This document shows positions 1 through 10,746 of a stretch of DNA of 64,000 nucleotides, in pieces (the first letter of the stretch is position 1; the number at the start of each line of letters is the position of its first letter). Source of the stretch: Oculina patagonica (lineage: Eukaryota); the NCBI RefSeq assembly GCF_052425735.1, contig NC_135767.1, positions 10,292,001 through 10,356,000 on the forward strand, read 5' to 3'. The position numbers and the translations under genes are program-made. The notes under the pieces were generated by a model. The model worked only from the letters and a program-made list of their open reading frames with translations, made no database searches and was not told the origin of the DNA.

Positions 1-311
1 GTGTTATAGCAACTATGCTAACAAATTACTTAATAACAAACAATTGAAATACAATGCAAACGTTTACGGTAATAATTAAACTATTAATTATACAACTATT
101 TATTGATATAACTTTCAATTTAAAATTTCTTTTCTTTTTTGAAACATTAGGAAGATATATTTAGCTATGATTCTAGAGGTAGCATAATTATCTAGTTTAA
201 GAAAGTACTTTATTTTTTCATGATCAGTTAAATCTACAAAGCGAGGATCAGTTTGTGACGCGATGGAATGAAGCTCTTTTCTAACATCATTATACCCTTT
301 GCAATACATTA
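1..311 (-). mobile_element. 3' fragment of non-LTR retrotransposon (LINE copy A, heavily 5'-truncated)
   Basis: Nearly identical to 1101-1411 (copy B). Encodes the ORF2 C-terminus MYCKGYNDVRKELHS...KRKEILN plus 3' UTR. The tail lies outside the window. Confidence 0.85.
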
Positions 312-375
312 AAAGGGTATAATGATGTTAGAAAAGAGCTTCATTCCATCGTGTCACAAACTGATCCTCGCTTTG
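237..375. repeat. 64-bp fold-back inverted duplication at the LINE 5' junction
   Basis: 312-375 is the reverse complement of 237-300 (1 mismatch) with an 11-nt spacer. Confidence 0.9.
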
Positions 376-1030
376 AATGAGGAATAGGGAATGAGGAATA
401 GGGAATGGGAAATAGGGAATGAGGAATAGGGAATGAGGAATAGGGAATGAGGAATAGGGAATGAGGAATAGGGAATGAGGAATAGGGAATGAGGAATAAG
501 GAATGAGGAATAGGGAATGAGGAATAAGGAATGAGGAATAGGGAATGAGGAAGAAGGAATGAGGAATAGGGAATGAGGAATAGGGAATGAGGAATAGGAT
601 TAGGAAATTAGGAATAGGGAATGAAGAATAGGGAATGGAGAACAGGGAATGAGGAATAGGGAATGAGGAATGGGGAATAGGGAATGGAGAATAGGGAATG
701 GGGAATAGGTAATGGGGAATAGGGAATGGGGAACAGGGAATGAGGAATAGGTAATGAGGAATAGGTAATGGGGAATAGGGAATGGGGAACAGGGAATGAG
801 GAATAGGGAATGAGGAATAGGTAATGGGGAATAGGGAATGAGGAATAGGTAATGGGGAATAGGTAATGGGGAATAGGTAATGGGGAATAGGGAATGAGGA
901 ATAGGTAATGGGGAATAGGTAATGGGGAATAGGTAATGGGGAATAGGGAATGAGGAACAGGGAATGGGGAACAGGGAATGAGGAATAGGGAATGAGGAAT
1001 AGGTAATGGGGAATAGGGAATGAGGAATAG
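375..1030 (+). repeat. G-rich heptamer satellite (GAATAGG / GAATGAG / GAATGGG / TAATGGG variants), array segment 1
   Basis: Directly visible 7-bp units alternating as a 14-bp period, GGAATAGGGAATGA. Confidence 0.97.
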
Positions 1031-2083
1031 TAACAGTAACAGTAAATCTTTATTGTGCCTTACACTCCAAAGGGAGGTATTGGTCTAGTTACAATAAAGG
1101 TGTTATAGCAACTATGCTAACAAATTACTTAATAACAAACAATGAAATTACAATGCAAACGTTTACGGTAATTATTGGACTATTAATTATACAACTATTT
1201 ATTGATATAACTGTCAATTTAAAATTTCTTTTCTTTTTTGAAACATTAGGAAGATATATTTAGCTATGATTCTAGAGGTAGCATAATTATCTAGTTTAAG
1301 AAGGTACTTTATTTTTTCATGATCAGTTAAATCTACAAAGCGAGGATCAGTTTGTGACACGATTGAATGAAGCTCTTTTCTAATATCATTATACCCTTTG
1401 CAATACATTAAAAATGCTGTTCGTCCTCTATGTGGTTTTCCTTACATACCAAGCACTTTCTTTTTTCAACTGGTATGGATGCTCCTGCATTTTCATATTT
1501 TCCAGTCTGTATGCGTAGGGAATGTACCCCTAATCTTAGTTTAGTTATTTTTATTCGATGCGCTGGATTTTTAACTGTAGTGAGATACTCTTCTAATTGG
1601 TAATCTTTTTTAACTTCTTTGTGAGTGAATTTTTCTCTAGAGCTAACTGACGCGCAATTTCGGACCTTTGACCAATTTTGGAAATAATTTTTTCTTAACC
1701 TATGTTTAATTTTAGAGCAAGAATTCGTTGAAAGTTGTGGGGCTGATGTGTCATTATCGGAGAGAATTCCTAATGCTTCATCATCGTTTAATAAACTAAC
1801 AGATTTAGTATGTTTTTTGGCGTAAAGAAATGCATCATTTAATATGGGATTGGTTATCTTATGTTCTAATCTTTGAAAATAGCATAAGATAGATGCTTTA
1901 ATGTCTATTGCTAAAGGGTATCGACCTAGTTCTGCTCTACATGCTACGTTTTCTGCATACCATGGTACATTTAATGCTTGTTTGCAAAACCGGATGTGAA
2001 CTTGTTCAATTGTACTTTTATCGAAATGTGTTTTGTATGATAAAAGTTCGGGTCCCCATATTTCACAACCATACAAAAGTATG
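1030..2083 (-). mobile_element. 5'-truncated LINE copy B (RTEX-like), frameshifted
   Basis: Encodes PILLYGCEIWG...CRAELGRYPL...KLRLGVHSLRIQTGKY...CLVCKENHIEDEQHF, with a 1-nt frameshift near 1408 before LMYCKG. 3' UTR has AATAAA and a (TTACTG)n tail at about 1030-1045. Confidence 0.9.
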
Positions 2084-2531
2084 GGGAATGAGGAATAGGG
2101 AATGGGGAATAGGTAATGAGGAATAGGGAATGGGGAATAGGTAATGAGGAATAGAGAATGGGGAACAGGGAATGAGGAATAGGTAATGGGGAATAGGTAA
2201 TGGGGAATAGGGAATGAGGAACAGGGAATGGGGAATAGGGAATGAGGAATAGGTAATGGGGAATAGGGAATGAGGAACAGGGAATGGGGAATAGGGAATG
2301 AGGAATAGGTAATGGGGAATAGGGAATGAGGAATAGGGAATGAGGAATAGGGAATGGGGAATAGGTAATGGGGAATAGGGAATGAGGAATAGGGAATGAG
2401 GAATAGGTAATGGGGAATAGGTAATGGGGAATAGGGAATGAGGAACAGGGAATGGAGAATAGGGAATGAGGAATAGGGAATGAGGAATAGGGAATGAGGA
2501 ATAGGTAATGGGGAATAGAGAATGAGGAATA
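2081..2531 (+). repeat. Heptamer satellite, array segment 2
   Basis: Same GAATAGG/GAATGAG/TAATGGG units. Confidence 0.97.
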
Positions 2532-4720
2532 GTAATAGTAATAGTAATAGTAATAGTAATAGTATATCTTTATTGCGCCTTACTCTCCAAAGGGAGGTAT
2601 TGGTCTGTTTACAACAAAGGTTTTCACATTTACTAATACATTTAAGAAATAACAAAAATTTGATTCTTATACAATTCATAATGTCAATATATGTAAAAAT
2701 TAAATAAATTATAATGTTCATTGTGCTTGTAAGTTAAGAAGCTCTTTCCTTTTTTGAAACATTGAATGTATATATTTACCTACTACTTTTGATGTATGTT
2801 CATTGTCAGATCTAAGTAGGTACTTAATCCTCTCGTTCTCACTTAAATATATATACCTTACATCAACCTTAGAAATGTGAGAACATAATTCATGTCTTAT
2901 GGTTGTAAATCCCTGGCAACACATCAAAAAATGCTTTTCGTCTTCTACGCAATTTTGTTTACATACCAAGCATGTTCTTTGCTCTACTGGGATTGATGCT
3001 CCTTTATTTTCATATTTTCCAGTCTGTATTCGTAATGTATGACATCCTAATCTAAGCTTTGTCAGGCTTATTCTGTGCGCTGGGTTTTTAACTGTTGTTA
3101 GGTAATTCTCAAATTCATAGCTCTTTTTAACTTCCTTGTGTGTAAATTTTTCTCTTGAAGTTGACGATGAACTATTCTGGGTGCCCAGCCAGTTTTGTGA
3201 ATACTTATTTCTGAGGGTTTTCCTCATGGTTAATCGACCGTTCTTGATGTGTTGCCGGGTTATCGGTTCTGTTTCTTGATGCATTTCTTCGTTAGTTGCA
3301 ACATCAAAAAATGTTGTAGATGTTGTTGCATATTGAAATGCCTCACTTAACAAAACGTTATTACAACAATACTTCAGTCTTTGCCAATAGCTGAAGATTG
3401 AGGTTTTTATGTCAATGATTAAAGGATAACGCCCAAGTTCTGCCCTGCAAGCAATGTTTTCTGTATACCATGGGACGTTTAACGTTTGTTTACAGAACTT
3501 GATGTGGACTTGTTCAATTGTGCTTTTATCGAAGTGCGTTTTATATGACAGTAGTTCTGGTCCCCAAATTTCGCACGCATAAAGTAACACGGGCTTACCA
3601 AGGGCATTGAAAAGTTTGTTCTTAATCGCAATAGCTGCTGAATCCGTGTTAGAAAAGGATCGTTTAATTATCGAGAGGACCTTAGTGGCTTTTTTGCTGA
3701 GAATTTCCCTTGCATAAGTGTAACGACCGGATGAGGTCATTTCTATACCTAAATATGTTTGTTTGTCGACAATTTGCAAAGATTCATTGTCGTATTTAAA
3801 ATTTATATTATTTTTGTTTTGTCCGTTACCGCTGAATATGATTATGTTCGACTTTTTGGTATTAACTTTGAGCTTCCATTGCTGAGCGTGTCTATGAATT
3901 ACATTAAGCGATTGTTGCAACCCTTCGGGAGAAGGACTGATTATTAACAAATCATCTGCATATATTAAGCAGTTTATAGTTCGATTTCCTAACATCACAC
4001 CTGGAGATTTGCTCTGTTTAAGATATTGCGGTAGATCATTCATAAATAAAGAAAATAAAACTGGACTTAGACCATCACCTTGCCTTATCCCTTTGTTACA
4101 TGAAAATAGTTCAGTAAGTGCGTTTTGGTTAATTTTAACACAACTCCTAATAGACGAATACATGGATTTAATAACATTCAAGAATTTCCCTTGTATTCCG
4201 TATGTTTGTAATTTATGTATCATTCCAGATTGCCATACACTATCGAAAGCTTTTTCGTAGTCAATAAAACCAACGTAAAGCTTCTTGTGTTGTTTGGTGT
4301 ATTTATGGAGTAATTGCTGGAAAATAAATAAACTATCAGTAGTTCTGGAGTTTGGTCTAAATCCAAGCTGTTCAGGATTTAGAACATCATGTTGTTCGAT
4401 GAATTTATTCAATCTGTTTTGCAAAATTGATGTGAACAGTTTTCCTAAGCAGCTAGTTAAAGTGATTCCTCTGTAATTTGCTGGAGATTTCTTATCACCT
4501 TTTTGTTTGTATATTGGTTTTATGACACCTATGTTCCATTCAGTTGGAAAGGTTCCGTTCTCAATTATGTCGTTAAATATTCTCTCTAGAGAAGGCATAA
4601 GGTAATAACGCCCGTGTTTGATCATTTTAAAATAGCATCCGTACCGGATGCCTTTTTATTCTTGAGTTTAGATATTTGATCATGAATTTCTTTTGCAGTG
4701 ATAGGCGCATCTAATAATGG
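2531..4720 (-). mobile_element. 5'-truncated LINE copy C (RTEX-like) with complete reverse-transcriptase domain
   Basis: ORF 2718-4625 has the RT motifs NYRGITLTSCLGKLF, FIDYEKAFDSV, GIRQGDGLSPVLF and YADD, plus a C-terminal CxxC...H...C knuckle (RTCLVCKQNCVEDEKHFLMCC). Frameshift near 4625 from the upstream KNKKASGTDAI segment. (TTACTA)n tail at 2531-2563. No endonuclease domain (truncated). Clade assignment is from motif recognition only. Confidence 0.93.
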
Positions 4721-5849
4721 GGAATAGGTAATGGGGAATAGGGAATGAGGAACAGGGAATGGGGAACAGGGAATGAGGAATAGGGAATGAGGAATAGGGA
4801 ATGAGGAATAGGTAATGGGGAATAGGGAATGAGGAATAGGGAATGAGGAATAGGTAATGGGGAATAGGTAATGGGGAATAGGGAATGGGGAACAGGGAAT
4901 GGGGAATAGGGAATGAGGAATAGGGAATGAGGAATAGGTAATGGGGAATAGGGAATGAGGAATAGGGAATGGGGAACAGGGAATGGGGAATAGGGAATGA
5001 GGAATAGGTAATGGGGAATAGGTAATGAGGAATAGGGAATGGGGAATAGGTAATGGGGAATAGGGAATGGGGAACAGGGAATGGGGAATAGGGAATGGGG
5101 AATAGGTAATGGGGAATAGGGAATGAGGAATAGGGAATGAGGAATAGGGAATGGGGAATAGGGAATGGGGAATAGTCAATGGGGAATAGGTAATGAGGAA
5201 TAGGTAATGAGGAATAGGGAATGAGGAATAGGTAATGGGGAATAGGGAATGAGGAATAGGGAATGAGGAATAGGGAATGAGGAATAGGTAATGGGGAATA
5301 GGGAATGAGGAATAGGGAATGAGGAATAGGTAATGAGGAATAGGTAATGGGGAATAGGGAATGAGGAATAGGGAATGAGGAATAGGGAATGAGGAATAGG
5401 GAATGAGGAATAGGTAATGGGGAATAGGGAATGAGGAATAGGGAATGAGGAATAGGTAATGAGGAATAGGTAATGAGGAATAGGGAATGAGGAATAGGGA
5501 ATGAGGAATAGGTAATGGGGAATAGGGAATGAGGAATAGGGAATGAGGAATAGGGAATGGGGAATAGGTAATGGGGAATAGGGAATGAGGAATAGGGAAT
5601 GAGGAATAGGGAATGAGGAATAGGGAATGAGGAATAGGTAATGGGGAATAGGGAATGAGGAATAGGGAATGAGGAATAGGGAATGGGGAATAGGGAATGA
5701 GGAATAGGGAATGAGGAATAGGGAATGGAGAATAGGGAATGAGGAATAGGGAATGCGAAATAGGGAATGCGAAATAGGGAATGAGGAATAGGCAATGAGG
5801 AATAGGGAATGGGGAATGAGGAATGAGGAATAGGGAATGAGGAATAGGA
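4716..5849 (+). repeat. Heptamer satellite, array segment 3
   Basis: About 1.1 kb of GAATAGG/GAATGAG/TAATGGG units, degenerating near 5750-5850. Confidence 0.97.
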
Positions 5850-6187
5850 AAAGATTAAATGGACAGAACATTAAAGTGTGAAAGTGCAATACGTGCAATA
5901 GTTGGCAGTTGTCGGGTCATTTTAAATTACGATTGTTGTTGAAACAATCACAAGCCTTAGTGTGAGAGATAAGGTAACCTTCCGGTTATGATGTTGTACG
6001 AGACTCTCTGTTTCCTTACAAACTATCTTACTTACCTTTAGTTTGCGTTACTTGTCATGCACTTATTGCAGAATCTAACCAGTCCAGTAATCCGATTTAG
6101 AAAAGAAACTATCAATTCTAAATTATTTTTATGTTTCTCGCTTTTAGATTTCCGTGTTTTTCATTCTTGGTTTACCCTGGAGTAATC

Positions 6188-7180
6188 ATGAATAACAACA
6201 GCTCCTCTCCGCGTTTACAACAGGAACCTAACTCTGGTGTCAAAGCGTTGAGCAAACTTCTTCCTGTTGCCATTGTGATAACTCTGACGAACGGACTCGT
6301 GTTCGTCATGTTTTACAGAAGGAAAAGCCTTCGTACATCATCCAATTACCTGTTACTTAGTTTGGCGATTTGCGACTTTTTGACAGGAACAATCAACATT
6401 CCATACTTCATAGTATTTTCTTTCCAAGTTGTACCACTAGCCATGTCAAAAAACTTTGGGTATTGGATGTACGTCCTACACACCCTCATGGCTGTTTCCG
6501 CTGCTTATCACATACTCATCATAACCGCAGAAAAGTACTTGGCAATTATCAAACCGCTTAGACACTACCTGGTTACCAAGAAAACGGTGTTGAGAGTTTT
6601 GCTGGGGATCTGGATTACGTCTGCGTTTGCTGCTGTCGTCCCTATCTTTTGGGATGAAAGCAATTCACGCTATATTTGGTACATTATTCATGCTACAGTA
6701 TGCATTGTCTTGGTATTCTTTGTCCCATACACATTTATGATTTATGCATTTACAGCCATGTTCAAAGCAATTTCCAAACGAGAACGGCCGTCAATTCACA
6801 GAGACACACCAAACTTGCAACAGAAGAACAACAACGACCGAAAGTGTGTCTTAGTTTTTGCATCCATGGCAGCGATATTTGCATTTTGTTGGTTGCCATA
6901 TTTCACCATCATGCTAGCAGTTTTCGTCAACCTTTACCTGAAGTCAGGAATTTCAGCATCGATTGATAATGCCGCTCAAGCATTTGCTATTATTCGATAC
7001 ATGACGTCCATCGCCAACCCTCTGCTCTACACTTTTTTTAAACGCGACTTCCGGCTCGCCTTACGGAATCGCCCGCTCAGAAGAACATCTACAAGCATGC
7101 CATTAGAGAGCATACTGAAACAAAGAAGTCAATCAGTATCCTCTCAGGTGAAACGTCAGTCAAGATCTATCGATTGCTGA
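6188..7180 (+). CDS. Rhodopsin-class (class A) orphan GPCR, intronless CDS, about 330 aa
   Basis: Seven hydrophobic segments. Motifs: TM1 TNGLV, TM2 LAICD, TM3 EKY (DRY variant), TM4 W, TM6 CWLP, TM7 NPLLY. N-glycosylation sequons in MNNNSS. ATG 6188 preferred over 6131 because a likely 5'-UTR intron (AG|GTAACC near 5972; TTTTAG acceptor near 6147) would remove 6131. Confidence 0.92.
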   Translation: MNNNSSSPRLQQEPNSGVKALSKLLPVAIVITLTNGLVFVMFYRRKSLRTSSNYLLLSLAICDFLTGTINIPYFIVFSFQVVPLAMSKNFGYWMYVLHTLMAVSAAYHILIITAEKYLAIIKPLRHYLVTKKTVLRVLLGIWITSAFAAVVPIFWDESNSRYIWYIIHATVCIVLVFFVPYTFMIYAFTAMFKAISKRERPSIHRDTPNLQQKNNNDRKCVLVFASMAAIFAFCWLPYFTIMLAVFVNLYLKSGISASIDNAAQAFAIIRYMTSIANPLLYTFFKRDFRLALRNRPLRRTSTSMPLESILKQRSQSVSSQVKRQSRSIDC

Positions 7181-9652
7181 GGACTGGAAAATGAGAAACC
7201 AAGTATGAATCGAGATACAAAAACAATCTTTGGGAAGCAAATGGTTGACACAACTTCCATATAAAGGAGGCGCCTGCAATCTATAGAACTTTACCATGTT
7301 GCAAAATGACATCAGAAGCAAAGAAATAAAAGTAAAATGCTGTTTCACATTATTTTAACAATGCAAATAATGTGAAATATTTACATATAATGAATTATAA
7401 ACGTATGACTCAAGTTGGAAAGTGGAGCAGAAGCATCCACAAATCGGTTTAATTTATCGATAGTCTGCAATTTGTGCGCTTTTTAAAGCCAAACCCCTCA
7501 AACCTTTTCATCTCACTCTTATGTAAAATGAGGCTCAACCAAATGTTCGTTTTGAAATATTACGGGGAATTCCTCAAACACGTGCGACAAAATGCTAATA
7601 AATTGCAGTTTATTCAAACCATTTGCTCAATAGTAACTTGGCTTAATGAAATCCAGTCAATAGAAAAATCAGACACAAACGAAAAGAGTATAAACTTATT
7701 TATCATAGAAAGTTTTTCTTGCCTATATATCAATGTTAAGCCAATCTACTGAAAAATAAACATAGTGCTATACTTAAATAGAACTGATCATAGTTAAGAA
7801 GAATAAAAAGCCTGAAAGTATATACATTACAAGAAGTAGTGGCAACTTTTATTCGAATATTTAGCACAGTTTTGTTGCACCTACTTTGAACAAAGTTCAG
7901 TAATGCATGGAATTATACATAGACAATTACTGAACAATAGTTTTTTCTGTTTTGGTTTTTGTTTGCTCTGAGTTTTGTTAGTGACATGCAATAAGACACA
8001 GGGAAGGGTTTCACGGTGAAAAGTTCAGTGGCGATCACATGCGTTAGTAACACAATTTGTAGGCTGGCCAATCAGAATTGGTTTGCAATTCACAGTTAAT
8101 CAATTCACATTCATTGAACACTAGTCTAGGGTTCACTCATTCCATCGTTGCTAGCCAACAACCTTTATCTCACCCTGTTCTACGACACTGATTTTCCCAC
8201 CGTATCCCTCCCCCACGGCTTTAGCATGTCACACACCGGAAGTTCTTAGAATGGGAATGGATATACCCTATTTCACAAGTGGGCCCTTAGCCTCTTTGTT
8301 GAGAGATCAGCTATTTTGCCACGCGTTGAGAGATCAGCTACATTTGGTGTTGAGAGATCAGCTATCTCCTTATATAATAATTTATGTTACAGTAAGCAGC
8401 CAACGCTATGCTACAGTTAGCAGCCAACGCTATTCGGACTTATGCAGTTTATCTGCAACAAAGACACTTTATGAACTGATAAGCCTCACAAAATTAAAAG
8501 CAAGGAGTTAATCCTGGATTCAGATTTGTTTTTTGTTAAATTTGTAGGGAGAATTGAAGATCCACAAATAAACTCTGGGATGGAATGAAGTGCTCCCATT
8601 CAGGTCACTCTTGGCCCCATTGTCACAGGGAATGGATGGGTTGCCATGGTAACCATGAGTCTAAACTCCCTAAAGAGTAAGAATCTCTCCCAGTGGGTTG
8701 TAACTCGTGTCCTGCAGCCCTGTGAAGAGGAGTAAGGACCATGCCCTCTCAGAGTACTGTAACGGCACCCTTGGAGAGGAGAGGGGGCTGTGACCCCCCC
8801 CCCCGCCCACCACCAAGCTAGACTAGTGATTCTTTTAATGGCACCGGTCTGTTGTCCCCAACCCCGTTACCGCACATATCATTGTGTTTGGTATTGTTTC
8901 TCATGGGTTGGGAGCATTAATCATAGTTTGTATGAATGTAGGCATAATACTTTGAATGTATATATTTAATGCATAAGGTGTTAGTTGTGTAATGATAAAG
9001 ATATGTTGATGATAAAGCAAAAATAAATGTAAAAAAAAACAAAGGGTTTATTTGTAAACGCAAGTAGATTGTGGTTGTTGTAGTTTTTGTTGTTCCTTGT
9101 TAAACACAACTATCTGCGTTGAAAAACTAAATCGCTTTGAAAGCTTCCATGTATTCCGAGATTGTAAATAACAACATTAGGTTATCAGCTCAAGATGTCT
9201 TGATGATAGTAGATGACTGAGGCCAAAGGCTCAATCACATGTGACCTCATAGAATATAAAAGTGCCCTTCATGGGACTATGTGTATGTGTACGTCCTGTA
9301 TACATGCCAGTGTATACTCCGTGCAATCTGTATAGTCCTATCCACTCGCCTAAATGCTTGTCGAAAAATACCCTATATCGTTGACCTACCGTTTCTTTCT
9401 TTGAAGATAGTCTAATCCTCCCATCCCCCTCCCTAGCTGTCCTCTCCACGTCTTCAATTAGTATTGCCCACCCTCGAGAAGAATGAAATGACAAGCAGAG
9501 AAAACAAGTAGAGAAATCTCGAGTCGTGGATTTGTTTGCTGTTAAATATTCTTTATTGAATCGATTAAAAGCAAAATTACAGTTTTATTCAGAAAGAAAG
9601 TCTGCATTTCGAAATCATTAACCAATTTGCAAGTTCGTTTGTGTAGTTTCTA

Positions 9653-9796
9653 TTAATCGTAGTCTTTTCCTGGACTGCTTGATATAATGCGCATTCTCCT
9701 AGATAGTGGTGAGATAATCCTTTGATCCTTTTCTCGCATCTGCAGCTTGGTTTTGGCTTCCTCGTGTGTGGCATGCTCAGCTGGACTGTTAAATTT
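9653..9796 (-). CDS. Candidate terminal exon of CRPG-peptide gene 1 (KFNSPAEHATHEEAKTKLQMREKDQRIISPLSRRMRIISSSPGKDYD*)
   Basis: Good acceptor (tttctatttccctgcatag), open in phase 0, AATAAA about 65 nt past the stop. Starts with KFN, like exon 3 of paralog 3. Confidence 0.5.
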   Translation of the reverse strand, partial: KFNSPAEHATHEEAKTKLQMREKDQRIISPLSRRMRIISSSPGKDYD

Positions 9797-9884
9797 CTAT
9801 GCAGGGAAATAGAAATAACACGGTTGATTTCTTAATATATTAGGCTACGGCTGATCGAGTCTCTAAGGAAATAATCACGCTTAA

Positions 9885-10148
9885 AGGACCCAAGTCAGCA
9901 ACACAGACTTTGTTTTTGTTTACATGGTGAGGTTCGGTTATTTATTTTACAAGGAGCGGGTCTAAACGAAAGAGATCACTGTGAAACTTCTAATGGAAAT
10001 TTAACAGACTTCCAGTGACAAAACTTACAGCAATGCAATAAATTTCGCTTTGCCATAAGTTTTAATCTCGATTGCGTTGAAAATGGCGGAGGCTGACACA
10101 GTTTTAATTTCGATGGTATCGAAAATGGCGGAGGCTGACTTGGGTCCT
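9885..10148. mobile_element. MITE with TTAA target duplication (Kolobok-like)
   Basis: TTAA|AGGACCCAAGTCAGC ... GCTGACTTGGGTCCT|TTAA: perfect 15-bp TIRs, TTAA at 9881-9884 and 10149-10152. Confidence 0.85.
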
Positions 10149-10303
10149 TTAATGACTGTTCCCGGGGGAAACAGTTAGTTTTGTTTCGCCGAGGGAAACA
10201 TTGAGATTTGAGAGGAACTAAAATTACCTTTCCTGGCGCGAAACAGTTTTAATTGTTAGATGTTAAGTGAACTCGAATTAGCCGATAAGAGGGCACTAAC
10301 AAT

Positions 10304-10746
10304 GGCTACGTCACATCTACGACGTAACTAGTTTAACTATAGTTAGTCTCAGTTACGTGACGTCATACCTAATATAGTTAGTGCTTTCGTCCGCGGTCAC
10401 ACCAATGCAGTACTATTGTTAGTTCGAAGCTGAATTCGAATTATAGTTCATGACGCCGTTTATCTTCTAGTTGTTCCCTTTTTCTTCTTCATTTTGCACG
10501 GCCGGCGGAAGAAAAATAAAGAGGATGCAGACGCCGGATCGCTGCTACATTGTATTTTTTCTTGCTGTTTTCTTTTTCCTCCTCACGCGTTTATGTTCAT
10601 CCGCACGGCGAAGAATGCGCTGATGGTTTGTACTAAGACAACCCTGACCGAAAGAGTGGGGGAGGCGAAACTAAGTAGAGGAACAGAGAAGCGCACAAAG
10701 CCAGTACGCCGTCTAACTATAGTAGTAGATAGATGTGACCGCAGCC
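10304..10746. mobile_element. MITE, PIF/Harbinger-like
   Basis: Imperfect TIRs GGCTACGTCACATCTA / TAGATGTGACCGCAGCC, flanked by a 3-bp AAT duplication. Confidence 0.6.

Noticed and set aside
375-5849. Satellite as a true telomere or a CRISPR-like repeat-spacer array
   Set aside because: Units are 7-mers, not TTAGGG, and the array is interstitial. The intervening segments are LINE fragments, not spacers, and there are no cas genes.
1408-5898. Long ORFs rich in PIPHSLFLIPYSSF repeats (437, 371, 240, 185 aa)
   Set aside because: Translation of the stop-poor strand of the heptamer satellite, partly fused to LINE fragments. Not genes.
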